From an uncultured Candidatus Saccharibacteria bacterium (GTDB taxonomy: Bacteria > Patescibacteriota > Minisyncoccia > SW-4-49-11): a stretch of DNA of 64,000 nt. A program made the position numbers and the translations under genes. Where the stretch lies: contig CAZPCB010000003.1 in NCBI GenBank assembly GCA_964585065.1, positions 67,776 to 131,775 on the forward strand, given 5' to 3'. Shown in pieces: positions 9,916 through 20,391 of this stretch (its first letter is position 1; each line of letters opens with the position of its first letter). The notes beneath the pieces are model-generated. The model saw only the letters and a program-made list of their open reading frames with translations, was not told where the DNA came from and ran no database searches.

Positions 9916-12417
9916 TCAATAGACAATAATTACTATTCTTTTATCCTGATTGACAATAATTTTCTTAATACTATTTGTATCGGTGATAATGGTATTTACT
10001 TTATCTAACTCTAAAGCTTTTTGTGTAATAGCCTCATTATCTAGTCCCGCATTAACCCTAATAATATCTCGCATTTTTCCATTAATATGAATTTGATAAT
10101 CTACCTCTGTCTGAATTAATTTTGATTCATCAAATTGTGGCCATATTGCTTTATGTACAGATTCTGTCTCACCTACTATTTCCCATAATTCTTCAGTTAA
10201 ATGGGGAGCAAATGGAGCTAAGAGAGTAATATATATCTTAATATAATCCTTGCCAATATCCTTAGAAATATATGTATTAAGATATTCCATTAAACTACTA
10301 ATACAAGTATTATATTTTTGATTCTCTATATCTTCAGTAATTTTGCGTATTAATGAATGGGTATCATAATCTAACTTTGCAGTATCTATAGCTTTATCTG
10401 ATTTTTGAGATTGTATATCAGTAATCCATTGATATACGCGCTTCAAAAATCTACTACATCCAATAAGCCCACTTGTATCCCAAGCAATTGCCTCATCATA
10501 AGGCCCCATAAACATTTCATAAATTCTCAAAGAATCTGCTCCAAATGATTCTACCATTTCAATTGGGTCAATGGTATTACCCTTAGATTTTGACATCTTA
10601 ATACCTCCTTCAGCCAAAATCATGCCATGCATAATACGCTTTTGATATGGTTCTATTGTTGGAACTACTCCAATATCATATAAAAATTTATGCCAAAATC
10701 GTGAATATAACAGATGTAAGGTTACATGCTCCATACCCCCATTGTATATATCCACCGGTAACCATTGCTCTAAAGCAGCTTTACTTGCTAATTCCCGAGT
10801 ATTATGAGCATCAGCATATCTTAGATAATACCAAGAACTCCCTGCCCAATTAGGCATAGTATCTGTTTCTCTAACTCCTTCTACCCAATTCTCATCGGGT
10901 TTAGCCTGGCTACGAGGAAGAGTTTTCCCTGTGGTGATATGATACCAAATTTGAACCCAATCTTTTGCCAATGCTAATGGCCCCTCTCCTTGGCCCTGAG
11001 GTATATATGATTCTACTTCTGGTAATTCAAGTGGTAATTCTACTGGTAGAATTGGTACCGCATATTCAGTATTATTATTTTTTTGTCGAGTTACGGGATT
11101 TGCTGGTAGAAATTGGGCAATTGCACCTGATATTTGTCCATAAGACTGCTCACTAATCCACACAATAGGAAATGGCTCTCCCCAATAGCGCTGACGTGAG
11201 AATACCCAATCACGAAGTTTATATTGGATTTTTTTCTGCCCTATATGTTTTTCTTCTAATATAGTAGTGATTTGTGCTTTTGCCTCAATTATTGACAATC
11301 CTGAAAATTGCTCTGAGTTTTCTAAAATACCGTCTTCTGTAATCACTGATACTATATCAAGACCATATTGAGTTGCAAATTCTTGATCTCTCTCATCATG
11401 AGCAGGTACCGCCATTACAGCTCCCGTTCCATACCCCATTAATACATAATCTGCTGTCCAAATAGGAATTTGTTTCCCCGTTAATGGATGTATGGCATAG
11501 GCTCCGGTAAATACCCCAGTTTTTTCTTTTTCTTGCTGGCGATCTAAATCACTTTTTGATTTCGTTTGCTTCTGATATGATTGTATTGCTTCCTTATATT
11601 CTTCTTTTACAATAGTATCAATAAGTGGGTGTTCTGGAGCTAATACCAAAAAGGTGACACCAAATAGAGTATCTATTCGAGTAGTAAATACCTGTATTGA
11701 CTCAGTATGTCCCTCAACTTGAAATGTAAGTTCTGCTCCTTCACTACGCCCAATCCAATTTCTCTGTTGCGTTTTGATAACGGGTAAATACTCAACCGTT
11801 TCCAAATCTTTATCTAATCTATCTGCATATTTGGTGATGGCAAGCATCCATTGTGTTAATGATACTCTCTCACAGGGATATCCCCCACGTTCTGATTTTC
11901 CATCAATAACTTCTTCATTGGCTAAAACCGTTTTTAATTCTTCACAATACCATACTTGTGTTGTGGCCTGATAAGCAAGTCCAGATTTATACATTTGTAG
12001 CCATATCCATTGTGTCCAACGATAATATTGCGGGTCTGTAGTATTAATTTCACGACTCCAATCAAAAGATAAACCTAATAATGCTAATTGTTTTTTGAAT
12101 GTATTAATATTATTCTGCGTTGCAATAATAGGAGATATATTATTCTGAATAGCATAATTTTCTGTGGGAAGACCAAAAGCATCCCAACCTAGAGGATAAA
12201 GTACATTTTGTCCCTGCATTCGATACATTCGAGCCTTAATATCTTGAGCCACATAACTACGAATATGCCCCACATGTAGTCCAGCTCCTGATGGAAAAGG
12301 AAATTCTACCAAAATATATTTACTTTCTTTATCTGAGGAATTATCTGCAGTATAATCTACAAAGCCCTCAGCCCAACGCTGTATCCATTTTTGTTCAATA
12401 ATTCTATGATTATACAT
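9916..12417 (-). CDS. leuS: Leucyl-tRNA synthetase
   Basis: HVGHIRSYV (HIGH) and KMSKSKGN motifs, the LeuRS N-terminus ...LYPLGWDAFGLP, and 833 aa. Confidence 0.95.
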   Translation of the reverse strand: MYNHRIIEQKWIQRWAEGFVDYTADNSSDKESKYILVEFPFPSGAGLHVGHIRSYVAQDIKARMYRMQGQNVLYPLGWDAFGLPTENYAIQNNISPIIATQNNINTFKKQLALLGLSFDWSREINTTDPQYYRWTQWIWLQMYKSGLAYQATTQVWYCEELKTVLANEEVIDGKSERGGYPCERVSLTQWMLAITKYADRLDKDLETVEYLPVIKTQQRNWIGRSEGAELTFQVEGHTESIQVFTTRIDTLFGVTFLVLAPEHPLIDTIVKEEYKEAIQSYQKQTKSKSDLDRQQEKEKTGVFTGAYAIHPLTGKQIPIWTADYVLMGYGTGAVMAVPAHDERDQEFATQYGLDIVSVITEDGILENSEQFSGLSIIEAKAQITTILEEKHIGQKKIQYKLRDWVFSRQRYWGEPFPIVWISEQSYGQISGAIAQFLPANPVTRQKNNNTEYAVPILPVELPLELPEVESYIPQGQGEGPLALAKDWVQIWYHITTGKTLPRSQAKPDENWVEGVRETDTMPNWAGSSWYYLRYADAHNTRELASKAALEQWLPVDIYNGGMEHVTLHLLYSRFWHKFLYDIGVVPTIEPYQKRIMHGMILAEGGIKMSKSKGNTIDPIEMVESFGADSLRIYEMFMGPYDEAIAWDTSGLIGCSRFLKRVYQWITDIQSQKSDKAIDTAKLDYDTHSLIRKITEDIENQKYNTCISSLMEYLNTYISKDIGKDYIKIYITLLAPFAPHLTEELWEIVGETESVHKAIWPQFDESKLIQTEVDYQIHINGKMRDIIRVNAGLDNEAITQKALELDKVNTIITDTNSIKKIIVNQDKRIVIIVY

Positions 12418-12472
12418 AATGACAATAATTTATTGGCTTTATTATAGTATATATGAACCCTTTTGTCACCTT

Positions 12473-13153
12473 TTACTGTAGTCTTGACTCTAATGTTTCT
12501 TCTGTATTAATATTATAATCTAATACTATAGCCTGAGCTAATGGTAAATCTATTTGAAGAGTATTTTCTATTGAAGTTTTTTGAAAATAATGTACAAATG
12601 CTTTAATACTATCATGATGTCCAATAATCAAAATATTTTTATCCTCCTTTAATAAGGGTATTACGGTATCATCTATAAGACTATTTACTCTTTTTACAAC
12701 ATCCTCTAAACTTTCTGTTGCGGGCAATAGCTCAGGAGAAATATGAGCATATCTTCTATCATGACTAGGGTGACGAGTATCAGAGATATCAATAGCCTCT
12801 GTTTTTTTATCCCAACTCGATATAATGGATTCAATTTCTGGATATAGCAATAAAGCTTCCTGATGAGTAAGACCCTGTATTTTACCATAATGCCGAGGGT
12901 TTAGTCTCCAGTCATGTATTTCTGGTATCCAAGAGTGATACATATTATTAAGTATAGTCCAACCACTAACAATAGAGCGTTCTAATACCGAATTAATCAT
13001 AATATCTACATGAAATCTTTGATTTAATAACACATTACCCATATGTTGTAATGATTCTCGAGCATTAACCAAGGGGACATCTGCCCAACCAATATATCTA
13101 TTTTCTTGAGCCCAGATACTATCCCCATGTCTAATTAGTATAATTTTTGACAT
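12473..13153 (-). CDS. Histidine phosphatase family protein (divergent phosphoglycerate mutase paralogue)
   Basis: N-terminal IRHGDS (RHG catalytic motif). Lies in tandem with gpmA. The second His motif is degenerate (GHHDSI). Confidence 0.6.
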   Translation of the reverse strand: MSKIILIRHGDSIWAQENRYIGWADVPLVNARESLQHMGNVLLNQRFHVDIMINSVLERSIVSGWTILNNMYHSWIPEIHDWRLNPRHYGKIQGLTHQEALLLYPEIESIISSWDKKTEAIDISDTRHPSHDRRYAHISPELLPATESLEDVVKRVNSLIDDTVIPLLKEDKNILIIGHHDSIKAFVHYFQKTSIENTLQIDLPLAQAIVLDYNINTEETLESRLQ

Positions 13154-13159
13154 ATGTAT

Positions 13160-13900
13160 TTATTTAAAAAGAGAAGTAATTTTATGCAATATACTCTTAT
13201 CTTGCTTCATCAAATAATAGCGCTTTTCAACTTTTAAATCTGACTCCCTAAGACGATATATTAATGGCTGTCCTGTTGGAATTTCTAAATCTATAATTTT
13301 CTTATCAGACACATGTTCCAAAAACTTCACTAATGCTCTTAAACTATTGCCATGGGCTGAGATAACAATTCTCTTTCCCGATAATATTGCTGGCTTTAAT
13401 TCTTGTTCCCAATATGGGGCAACCCTATCCAATGTATCTTTGAGAGATTCTCCGATAGGTAATTGATCTACAGGGATATTTTTATATTTATCATCAGAGG
13501 CTGGATATCGTGAATCATATTCTGATAATAGTGGAGGCTTAATTGCAAAGGTTCTCCTCCAAACTTTGACCTGATATTCTCCAAATTCTTCTACTGCATC
13601 AGTTTTATCTCGCCCTTGCAATCCCCCATAATGCCTTTCATTGAGATGCCAATTTTTAATTACTGGTATCCATGTCATATGAGCAGCTTCTAAAGCATAT
13701 TGCAATGTATCTATAGCACGATCTAACACTGAAGTATAGGCTATATCAAATTCAAAACCATTTTGCTTTAAAGCAATTCCTAATGTTTTTGCCTCCTGTA
13801 TACCTTTTGCTGACAATTCTACATCAGTCCAGCCAGTAAATTTATCAAGCTGATTCCATACACTTTCCCCATGGCGAATAAGTACCAATGTATAGGCCAT
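13160..13900 (-). CDS. gpmA: 2,3-bisphosphoglycerate-dependent phosphoglycerate mutase
   Basis: LIRHGESVWN...FTGWTDV and SAHGNSLRAL motifs. Confidence 0.9.
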   Translation of the reverse strand: MAYTLVLIRHGESVWNQLDKFTGWTDVELSAKGIQEAKTLGIALKQNGFEFDIAYTSVLDRAIDTLQYALEAAHMTWIPVIKNWHLNERHYGGLQGRDKTDAVEEFGEYQVKVWRRTFAIKPPLLSEYDSRYPASDDKYKNIPVDQLPIGESLKDTLDRVAPYWEQELKPAILSGKRIVISAHGNSLRALVKFLEHVSDKKIIDLEIPTGQPLIYRLRESDLKVEKRYYLMKQDKSILHKITSLFK

Positions 13901-13902
13901 AC

Positions 13903-14976
13903 CTATTCTTCAATTGAACTACTATCTAAACTAGGAGCATCTTCAGACTCTTCTGTTATATCTTCTTTAGCCAATACATCTGCATATAGTTTTTCCAATG
14001 TCTCTGGACTATCTCTTAACACTTTACGAGCTGATTCTAATCCTTGTCCTAGGGTATTTCCCTCTAAATCTTGAATATAAGTACCTTTTTTCTTTAATAC
14101 ACCAACTTTAAGAGCTAAATTAATCAAATCTGTTTCCAATGAAACACCTTCATTATACATGATATCAAATTCAGCAACTTTAAATGGAGCGGCTACTTTA
14201 TTCTTTACAATTTTAGCTTTTGTTCTTGCTCCAATAACTTCTTCTCCCTTTTTAATCTGTGCAATACGCTTAATCTCAATTCTTACTGAGGCATAGAATT
14301 TCAAAGCTTTTCCTCCTGGAGTCTCAACTGGACTTCCATAACCCATCATACCAATTTTCATACGAGTTTGATTGGTAAAGAGAATTGTGGTATTTGCTTT
14401 AGCTGAAATTGCAGTTAATTTACGCAATGCTTGTGACATAAGACGAGCCTGAATAGCTACATGAGAATCTCCCATATCACCTTCAATTTCTGCTTTTGGC
14501 ACAATAGCAGCTACGGAATCTAGTACAATAATATCTACATTTCCAGATTGAACTAAAGCCTCCACAATAGATAAAGCTTCTTCTCCGGTATTTGGCTGTG
14601 AAATAAGCAAATCATCAGTATTTACCTTAAGTTTTTTTGCATATTCTGGGTCCAGTGCATGTTCAGTATCAATGAAAGCTGCTACACCACCTTCTTTTTG
14701 GGCATTTGCAATAACTTGAAGACAAATAGTTGTTTTACCACTCGATTCAGGTCCATATATTTCCACAATTCTTCCTTGTGGAATACCTCCAATTCCGAGA
14801 GCCCGGTCTAGAGAAATTGATCCAGTTGAATAGGCATAAATATCCACCTTTTTCACCTCACCCAATTTCATCATGGACTCATCACCAAATTTACTTTTGA
14901 TATCATCTAATACAGATTGTATTTTATCTTGTTTGCTTGCATTCTTATCAATTCCCTTGGATTTAGTCTTTGCCAT
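13903..14976 (-). CDS. recA: Recombinase RecA
   Basis: Walker [38 protein letters not shown]1/L2 loop regions and 357 aa. Confidence 0.97.
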   Translation of the reverse strand: MAKTKSKGIDKNASKQDKIQSVLDDIKSKFGDESMMKLGEVKKVDIYAYSTGSISLDRALGIGGIPQGRIVEIYGPESSGKTTICLQVIANAQKEGGVAAFIDTEHALDPEYAKKLKVNTDDLLISQPNTGEEALSIVEALVQSGNVDIIVLDSVAAIVPKAEIEGDMGDSHVAIQARLMSQALRKLTAISAKANTTILFTNQTRMKIGMMGYGSPVETPGGKALKFYASVRIEIKRIAQIKKGEEVIGARTKAKIVKNKVAAPFKVAEFDIMYNEGVSLETDLINLALKVGVLKKKGTYIQDLEGNTLGQGLESARKVLRDSPETLEKLYADVLAKEDITEESEDAPSLDSSSIEE

Positions 14977-15031
14977 ATCAGTATTGGTTAATATTATAAT
15001 AAGTATATCATAGAATTAATATAGCTTCAAT

Positions 15032-15892
15032 TTATTCTTGCAAACCATATTCTAATGCTGCCTTTCCAAGAATATATACTTTTTCTCGCTTTGATGTTCT
15101 CGCTCTTTTTGTTAACACATCATAATGATTTTGTTCAATTTTACCGAGAATCGCCTCATACATACGACTTGCCATAATAACGGCAAATCTTCCTTTTCTA
15201 TTCAGATATTGGAGTCCCTTATCTGATTTCCGATATAATTCACGAGTATGCTGTATTTGATCTTTGAGACAATTCACAAATTCTTTTGTTACCTGATGAT
15301 TCTGAATCATATCTTCTGTAACTTTATATCTTAACAAATCATGCTGTGGTATATATATTCTACCACGCTGATCATAATCTTCTCCAATATCACGGAGGAA
15401 ATTTGTCATTTGCATTGCCTCTCCAAGTAAAGGTGCATATTCCAAAGCCTTATCATTAGTATAGCCAATAATATATGTCATCATAAGACCCACTACCGCA
15501 GCTGAGCCGTACATATATTGTTGTAGGTCTTGATAGGTTTTATACTCTTTAATTACTATATCTTGTTTCATTGCTGCAAGAAAATCAAGACTATATTGAT
15601 ATGGAATATGATAGGTATGAAATACCTTTGCTGTCATATTGAGTACGGGGTATTCCGTAATATCACCATGATATGCCCTTTCCCATACTTTTTGCCAATC
15701 ATTCAATTCAGCTAAGATATGTGTATCTGAATTATTATTAGCATTATCTACAATTTCATCTGGAATACGAAAAAAACTATATAAAGCATAGGTTGCCTGC
15801 CTCAAATCAGCCGGTAAAAACCGAGTAGCAAAATAATAACTTGTTCCAAATTGCTTGGTAATAGCTTCTATTGATTTGGTATATTTGTCCAT
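15032..15892 (-). CDS. Squalene/phytoene synthase family enzyme (head-to-head prenyl diphosphate condensation)
   Basis: Asp-rich motifs DEIVD and DIGEDYDQRGRIYIP, plus YMYGSAAVVG (YxYxxAxxVG). Confidence 0.75.
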   Translation of the reverse strand: MDKYTKSIEAITKQFGTSYYFATRFLPADLRQATYALYSFFRIPDEIVDNANNNSDTHILAELNDWQKVWERAYHGDITEYPVLNMTAKVFHTYHIPYQYSLDFLAAMKQDIVIKEYKTYQDLQQYMYGSAAVVGLMMTYIIGYTNDKALEYAPLLGEAMQMTNFLRDIGEDYDQRGRIYIPQHDLLRYKVTEDMIQNHQVTKEFVNCLKDQIQHTRELYRKSDKGLQYLNRKGRFAVIMASRMYEAILGKIEQNHYDVLTKRARTSKREKVYILGKAALEYGLQE

Positions 15893-15897
15893 ATAGT

Positions 15898-16959
15898 TTA
15901 ATATGCTCTGTCAGCAATATATTCAATAAGACTATTTAATGCAATTCTTGTATTCTCAGTAATATTATTCTCGGCTCGAGTAATTTGTCGAGCTTGCTCT
16001 AAATATGCCTGTACTTTAGCTCTTGCATAAGAAAGAGCCCCTGTATGCTCGAATAAGTCAATTATAGACTTCTGGTCCTTATCTGTAAAAGATTCATTTC
16101 CCCAATATGTCTGTAACTTCATAATATCTTTCTCATTACCCCGCTCAAGCACATATTGTGTTAGAAATGTATGTTGATGTTCTCTAATATCTGATAATAC
16201 CGACTTTTTGATAATATTGGGGTCTGCAATAATATCCAAAATATCGTCTTGAGTTTGAAAAGCTAATCCCAAAGCAATACCAAAATCAATACAGAATTGC
16301 TCTAATTCTTTCCCTTTTCCCGCTAAGGTAACACCTATTTGCATTGGGCGCACAAAAGTATATCCTGCAGTTTTTAATCGCATTTTTGTCTCAATCAAAT
16401 CAGCATCAATTGAGTCTCTAGTCATCACATTAACATCAATCATTTGCCCCACAGCTACTTCATCAATCATTTGATAGAAAATTTTCCACGCATCATTATG
16501 ATATGGTAATTGCTGAAATTCATGAAATCTTCCAATTGACCATGAGAATAATAAATCTCCAATAAGAATTGCCTGTGAATGCCCATAATGCACCCTATTC
16601 CTTACACTTCTATGATTATCCTGTATGCTATTAGAGACAAATGTATGCACAGTATCAACTCTATGGCGTATTTTTCCTTCATCAATAACATCATCATGTA
16701 TTAAAGCAAAGGAATGAAAAATTTCAAGAGATACCAATAAATCTAGAATAGTATCCGTATCCTCTCCCCCTAATGTTTCATATAGAGTATAAGCCATATA
16801 TGGGCGAATACATTTCCCCCCACCAATAATAGCTCGCACATAATGAATTATACCCAAAATCTCCTCATCTTGAGTATAAAGAGAATATTCTGTGAATTTT
16901 TGGTCAAGAGCTTTCTCAAGAAGAGGTTGAAATTTTTCTTTAAATGTCTTTATATCCAT
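15898..16959 (-). CDS. Polyprenyl diphosphate synthase (GGPP/FPP synthase family)
   Basis: First DDxxD motif (LIHDDVIDEG) and second (FQTQDDILD). Confidence 0.85.
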   Translation of the reverse strand: MDIKTFKEKFQPLLEKALDQKFTEYSLYTQDEEILGIIHYVRAIIGGGKCIRPYMAYTLYETLGGEDTDTILDLLVSLEIFHSFALIHDDVIDEGKIRHRVDTVHTFVSNSIQDNHRSVRNRVHYGHSQAILIGDLLFSWSIGRFHEFQQLPYHNDAWKIFYQMIDEVAVGQMIDVNVMTRDSIDADLIETKMRLKTAGYTFVRPMQIGVTLAGKGKELEQFCIDFGIALGLAFQTQDDILDIIADPNIIKKSVLSDIREHQHTFLTQYVLERGNEKDIMKLQTYWGNESFTDKDQKSIIDLFEHTGALSYARAKVQAYLEQARQITRAENNITENTRIALNSLIEYIADRAY

Positions 16960-17082
16960 GATTATCTACACAATACTTATTAGCAATATACTATACTTTA
17001 TTTAGTCTATACTATATTCTTATTCTTGACAATAAAAACCGGTTTTACCCGGCTTTTATTAGTCTTCTCAACTTAGATAAAA

Positions 17083-17331
17083 TTATTTCTTATCTTTTTG
17101 TAATTGCTGTAAAGAATCTTGTTGCTTTTGTTGAGCTTGATCTTGCTTATATTCTTGATAAGCGGTTAATCCAAGATATGATAGGGCGAATAATACTTGA
17201 TATAATACCAAAGTAATAACTACTGTTAAAGCTACAGCTTTGAAAGCAAGCTTTGTTACAATTTCGGTCTTTGCAATGAATTCTTTGTGACTTGGGTGCT
17301 TTTCTAATAATTTTTTACTCATATTTATCAT
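17083..17331 (-). CDS. Small single-pass membrane protein with Gln/Lys-rich tail, hypothetical
   Basis: 82-aa ORF with one hydrophobic helix (AVALTVVITLVLYQVLFALSYLGL). No homology recognised. Confidence 0.35.
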   Translation of the reverse strand: MINMSKKLLEKHPSHKEFIAKTEIVTKLAFKAVALTVVITLVLYQVLFALSYLGLTAYQEYKQDQAQQKQQDSLQQLQKDKK

Positions 17332-17463
17332 TATTACTTAATATGCATCTATTGTATCATAATATATATTATTTTACAATAGATATTTCATATTTATGTA
17401 CAAAATAGCAATTATAAGCTATACTATAGTTAATTCTTATATCAAGGTAAATTTTAGTTTTAT

Positions 17464-17928
17464 ATGACACAGGGTAAATTACGGAAAAATGTACTTGCTA
17501 TCATCTTTGATTCAGATGGCAATGTACTTATTGTATCAAGATCCAATGATCCTCTTCATTGGCAATTTCCTCAGGGAGGAGTAAATGAGGGTGAGACCAA
17601 TCAAGAGGCAGTACTACGGGAATTAGGAGAAGAACTACATACTACAGAATTTAATCTCTTGGCTGAATGTCCTGAAAAACATATATATCGCTGGGCAAAA
17701 AAATTAATCCGTGATGAAAATCTCGGTCAAGAACAAACTATTATGTTACTCAAATTTACTGGGAATACTAAATCCATACAAGTGGATCGCCGCGAACTTG
17801 GAGGGTTTTTATGGGTACCTCAAGATAAGATTGAAATTTTCTTACATGAATATCGCAAGCCCGTATGGCATATTGTCTTAAAACACTTTTCCAAAGAACA
17901 AATTACTTCTTTATTGACTAATGAATAA
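17464..17928 (+). CDS. NUDIX hydrolase
   Basis: Nudix box GGVNEGETNQEAVLRELGEEL. Confidence 0.85.
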   Translation: MTQGKLRKNVLAIIFDSDGNVLIVSRSNDPLHWQFPQGGVNEGETNQEAVLRELGEELHTTEFNLLAECPEKHIYRWAKKLIRDENLGQEQTIMLLKFTGNTKSIQVDRRELGGFLWVPQDKIEIFLHEYRKPVWHIVLKHFSKEQITSLLTNE

Positions 17929-17931
17929 TAT

Positions 17932-19146
17932 ATGTATCAATCATCCCTTATTTCTAAAACTCGTAAACAAATAAGCCAGACAGAAGAATCATTAAATGCT
18001 CAAATTCTTATCAAAGCTGGATTTATTGATCAAATTATGGCTGGGGTATATGCTTATTTACCTTTAGGATATCGTGTTATTCACAATATCGAAAAAATTG
18101 TAAGAGAAGAATTAGCAGCCATATCAGCTCAAGAAATTCTTTTACCAGCTCTACAACCAAAATCCTTTTGGGAAAAAACTGGGCGTTGGGATAGTCTTGA
18201 TGTACTTTATCGTTTTACTTCATATTATACTAATACCGAATTGGCTCTTGGTTCTACTCATGAGGAAATTATTACGCCCCTTGCCCAAGATTTAATTCAA
18301 TCTTATCAGGATTTACCTTTAGCTGCTTATCAAATTCAAACTAAGTTTAGAGATGAAAAGCGAGCAAAATCTGGGCTACTCCGAGGAAGAGAATTTATTA
18401 TGAAAGATTTGTATTCTTTTCATAGTAATAGCGAAGATTTGGACCGATATTATGATGGTGTAATTCAAGCATATACCAATATGTATAAGAGACTTGGGCT
18501 TGGAGAAAAAACTCTTAAGACATATGCCTCTGGAGGTAGCTTTAGTAAATATTCTCATGAATTTCAAACATTATCAGATATTGGAGAGGATACTATATTT
18601 GTATGTAAGACCTGTAATATTGCAATTAATCAGGAGATTATCAATGAACAGAATACTTGCCCCGAATGTGATAACAAGGATTTAATTGAAAAAAAAGCTA
18701 TTGAAGTTGGTAATATCTTTAAATTACAAACCAAATATTCTGATGCTTTTGGACTTGAGTTTACCGACGATAAGGGACAAAATCAATCTGTAATTATGGG
18801 ATGTTATGGAATTGGAATTTCACGACTTATGGGAACTATCGTAGAAATATTTGCTGAGAATAATTCTAAAATGCTATGGCCAGCTGAAATTAGTCCTTTT
18901 GATATACATCTTATTATGCTGAATACTGATTCTGATGAGGTAAAAAATAAAGCAGAAGAGCTTTATCAGCAGTATCAAAAAAATGGAAAATCCGTATTAT
19001 TTGACAATCGTGATGAAAGACCAGGAATTAAATTTGCTGATGCTGATTTGATTGGAATTCCTCAAAGAATTATTATCAGCAAGAAAAGTCTCGAGCAAAA
19101 TGGGGTTGAGATAAATGGAGATATTATCCCTTTTGAAAAGCTCTAA
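17932..19146 (+). CDS. proS: Prolyl-tRNA synthetase (short form lacking the INS editing domain)
   Basis: N-terminus ...LIKAGFIDQIMAGVYAYLPLGYRV and motif 2 FRDEKRAKSGLLRGREFIMKDLYSFH. 404 aa. A CKTCN...CPECD Cys4 cluster sits between motifs 2 and 3. Confidence 0.85.
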   Translation: MYQSSLISKTRKQISQTEESLNAQILIKAGFIDQIMAGVYAYLPLGYRVIHNIEKIVREELAAISAQEILLPALQPKSFWEKTGRWDSLDVLYRFTSYYTNTELALGSTHEEIITPLAQDLIQSYQDLPLAAYQIQTKFRDEKRAKSGLLRGREFIMKDLYSFHSNSEDLDRYYDGVIQAYTNMYKRLGLGEKTLKTYASGGSFSKYSHEFQTLSDIGEDTIFVCKTCNIAINQEIINEQNTCPECDNKDLIEKKAIEVGNIFKLQTKYSDAFGLEFTDDKGQNQSVIMGCYGIGISRLMGTIVEIFAENNSKMLWPAEISPFDIHLIMLNTDSDEVKNKAEELYQQYQKNGKSVLFDNRDERPGIKFADADLIGIPQRIIISKKSLEQNGVEINGDIIPFEKL

Positions 19147-19155
19147 ATTTCAAAT

Positions 19156-19188
19156 AAAAAATCTCTCTTTTATACAGAGAGATTTTTT
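19156..19188. terminator. Bidirectional rho-independent terminator between proS and ctpA
   Basis: AAAAA-ATCTCTCT-TTATAC-AGAGAGAT-TTTTTT: a perfect 8-bp stem with an A-run on one side and a T-run on the other. Confidence 0.7.
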
Positions 19189-19199
19189 ATTTAGATCTA

Positions 19200-20381
19200 T
19201 TATAATGCTTTAATAATTTCTAAAGCTTTATCTAATTGAGGATCTTTTTTATCCTTAATATCTTCTGACTTTAAATCTATTTCTATATCTGGATTAATAC
19301 CTTCTTTATTAATAGCTTTTCCTGATGGAGTAAACCATTCAGCAATAGTATATTTGAGCACTGATCCATCAGAAAATTTCTGAGTACTTTGTACTACTCC
19401 CTTTCCAAATGTTTTTTTACCAATCAATTGAGTCTTTTTTAAATCTCTTAATGCACCCGCTACAATCTCTGAAGCTGAGGCTGATCCTTCATTCACTAAG
19501 ACCACTAATGGAATATCTCCATATTTAGCAGCTTTTTTAGTCTTCAATTCTTCTATTACTTTATCATTTTTACCTTTTTCTGTTACAGCAATAGAACCTT
19601 TAGGAGCAAATAATTCTATAGTCTCTACTGCTGATTGTAAATACCCTCCTGGATTATTTCGGAGGTCCAATACTACTTTTTTTACCCCTTTTTGACTAAG
19701 CTCAGCTAATTTAGTATCTAATTCCTGAGCTGTCTCAGCTTGAAATTGGGAAATAGATATAATGGCAATACCATCTTTTTCCTCCACAGTAATATTAGGT
19801 ACATCAATGACATCACGAGTAATAGTAACAGTTTTTAGTCCATCTTGACCTTTTCTTGCTATTTCTAATTTAACTTCAGTTCCCTTTTCTCCTCTTATTT
19901 TCGTAACAGCCTCTTCTACACTAAGCCCAATAGTACTTTCTCCATCAATAGTTACAATTTCATCTCCTGGTAATAGTCCTGCTTTATTTGCTGGAGTTCC
20001 ATCAATAGGGGTTTCAATAATTAGCTGTTCTTCTCTAAGACCAATTTGAGCTCCAATACCTTCAAATTTTCCCTCTAAATTCTCTTGAAATGAATCATAT
20101 TCATCTTTAGAGAAATATACGGTATAAGGGTCATCTAAAGAACTAACTAAACCCTTAACAGATCCTAATTCTGTATCTTTTTTATCATTAATTTGATCTG
20201 GATATAAGTATTTATCTTGTAAAAAGCTATATACATTTTGTAATGTTTTTGTTTCAAAATTTGAGCTTGATAGCGGAGTAGTTCCAATAAAACTATGTAC
20301 ATAATCATGGAAATAAAGCCCCCCCAACACAAAAGAGATGCCGAGTAATAATATGGTGAAAAGAATATTGAGAGGTTTCAT
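19200..20381 (-). CDS. ctpA: S41 family C-terminal processing protease with PDZ domain
   Basis: PDZ segment (GLLPGDEIVTIDG), DLRNNPGGYL and GSASASEI catalytic Ser region, and an N-terminal transmembrane anchor. Confidence 0.85.
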   Translation of the reverse strand: MKPLNILFTILLLGISFVLGGLYFHDYVHSFIGTTPLSSSNFETKTLQNVYSFLQDKYLYPDQINDKKDTELGSVKGLVSSLDDPYTVYFSKDEYDSFQENLEGKFEGIGAQIGLREEQLIIETPIDGTPANKAGLLPGDEIVTIDGESTIGLSVEEAVTKIRGEKGTEVKLEIARKGQDGLKTVTITRDVIDVPNITVEEKDGIAIISISQFQAETAQELDTKLAELSQKGVKKVVLDLRNNPGGYLQSAVETIELFAPKGSIAVTEKGKNDKVIEELKTKKAAKYGDIPLVVLVNEGSASASEIVAGALRDLKKTQLIGKKTFGKGVVQSTQKFSDGSVLKYTIAEWFTPSGKAINKEGINPDIEIDLKSEDIKDKKDPQLDKALEIIKAL

Positions 20382-20391
20382 AATGACAATT

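Noticed and set aside
16960-17082. Weak hairpin AGCCGG-GTAAAA-CCGGTT plus T-run on the minus strand, a possible terminator for the 17083-17331 gene
   Set aside because: There are only 4-5 GC pairs and it is ambiguous, so I left it uncalled.
17347-17384. Perfect 10-bp inverted repeat ATCTATTGTA-N18-TACAATAGAT between divergent genes, a possible operator
   Set aside because: In DNA this AT-rich, roughly five such 10-bp inverted repeats (spacer 30 nt or less) are expected by chance in 64 kb. There is no supporting second copy or HTH regulator gene nearby.
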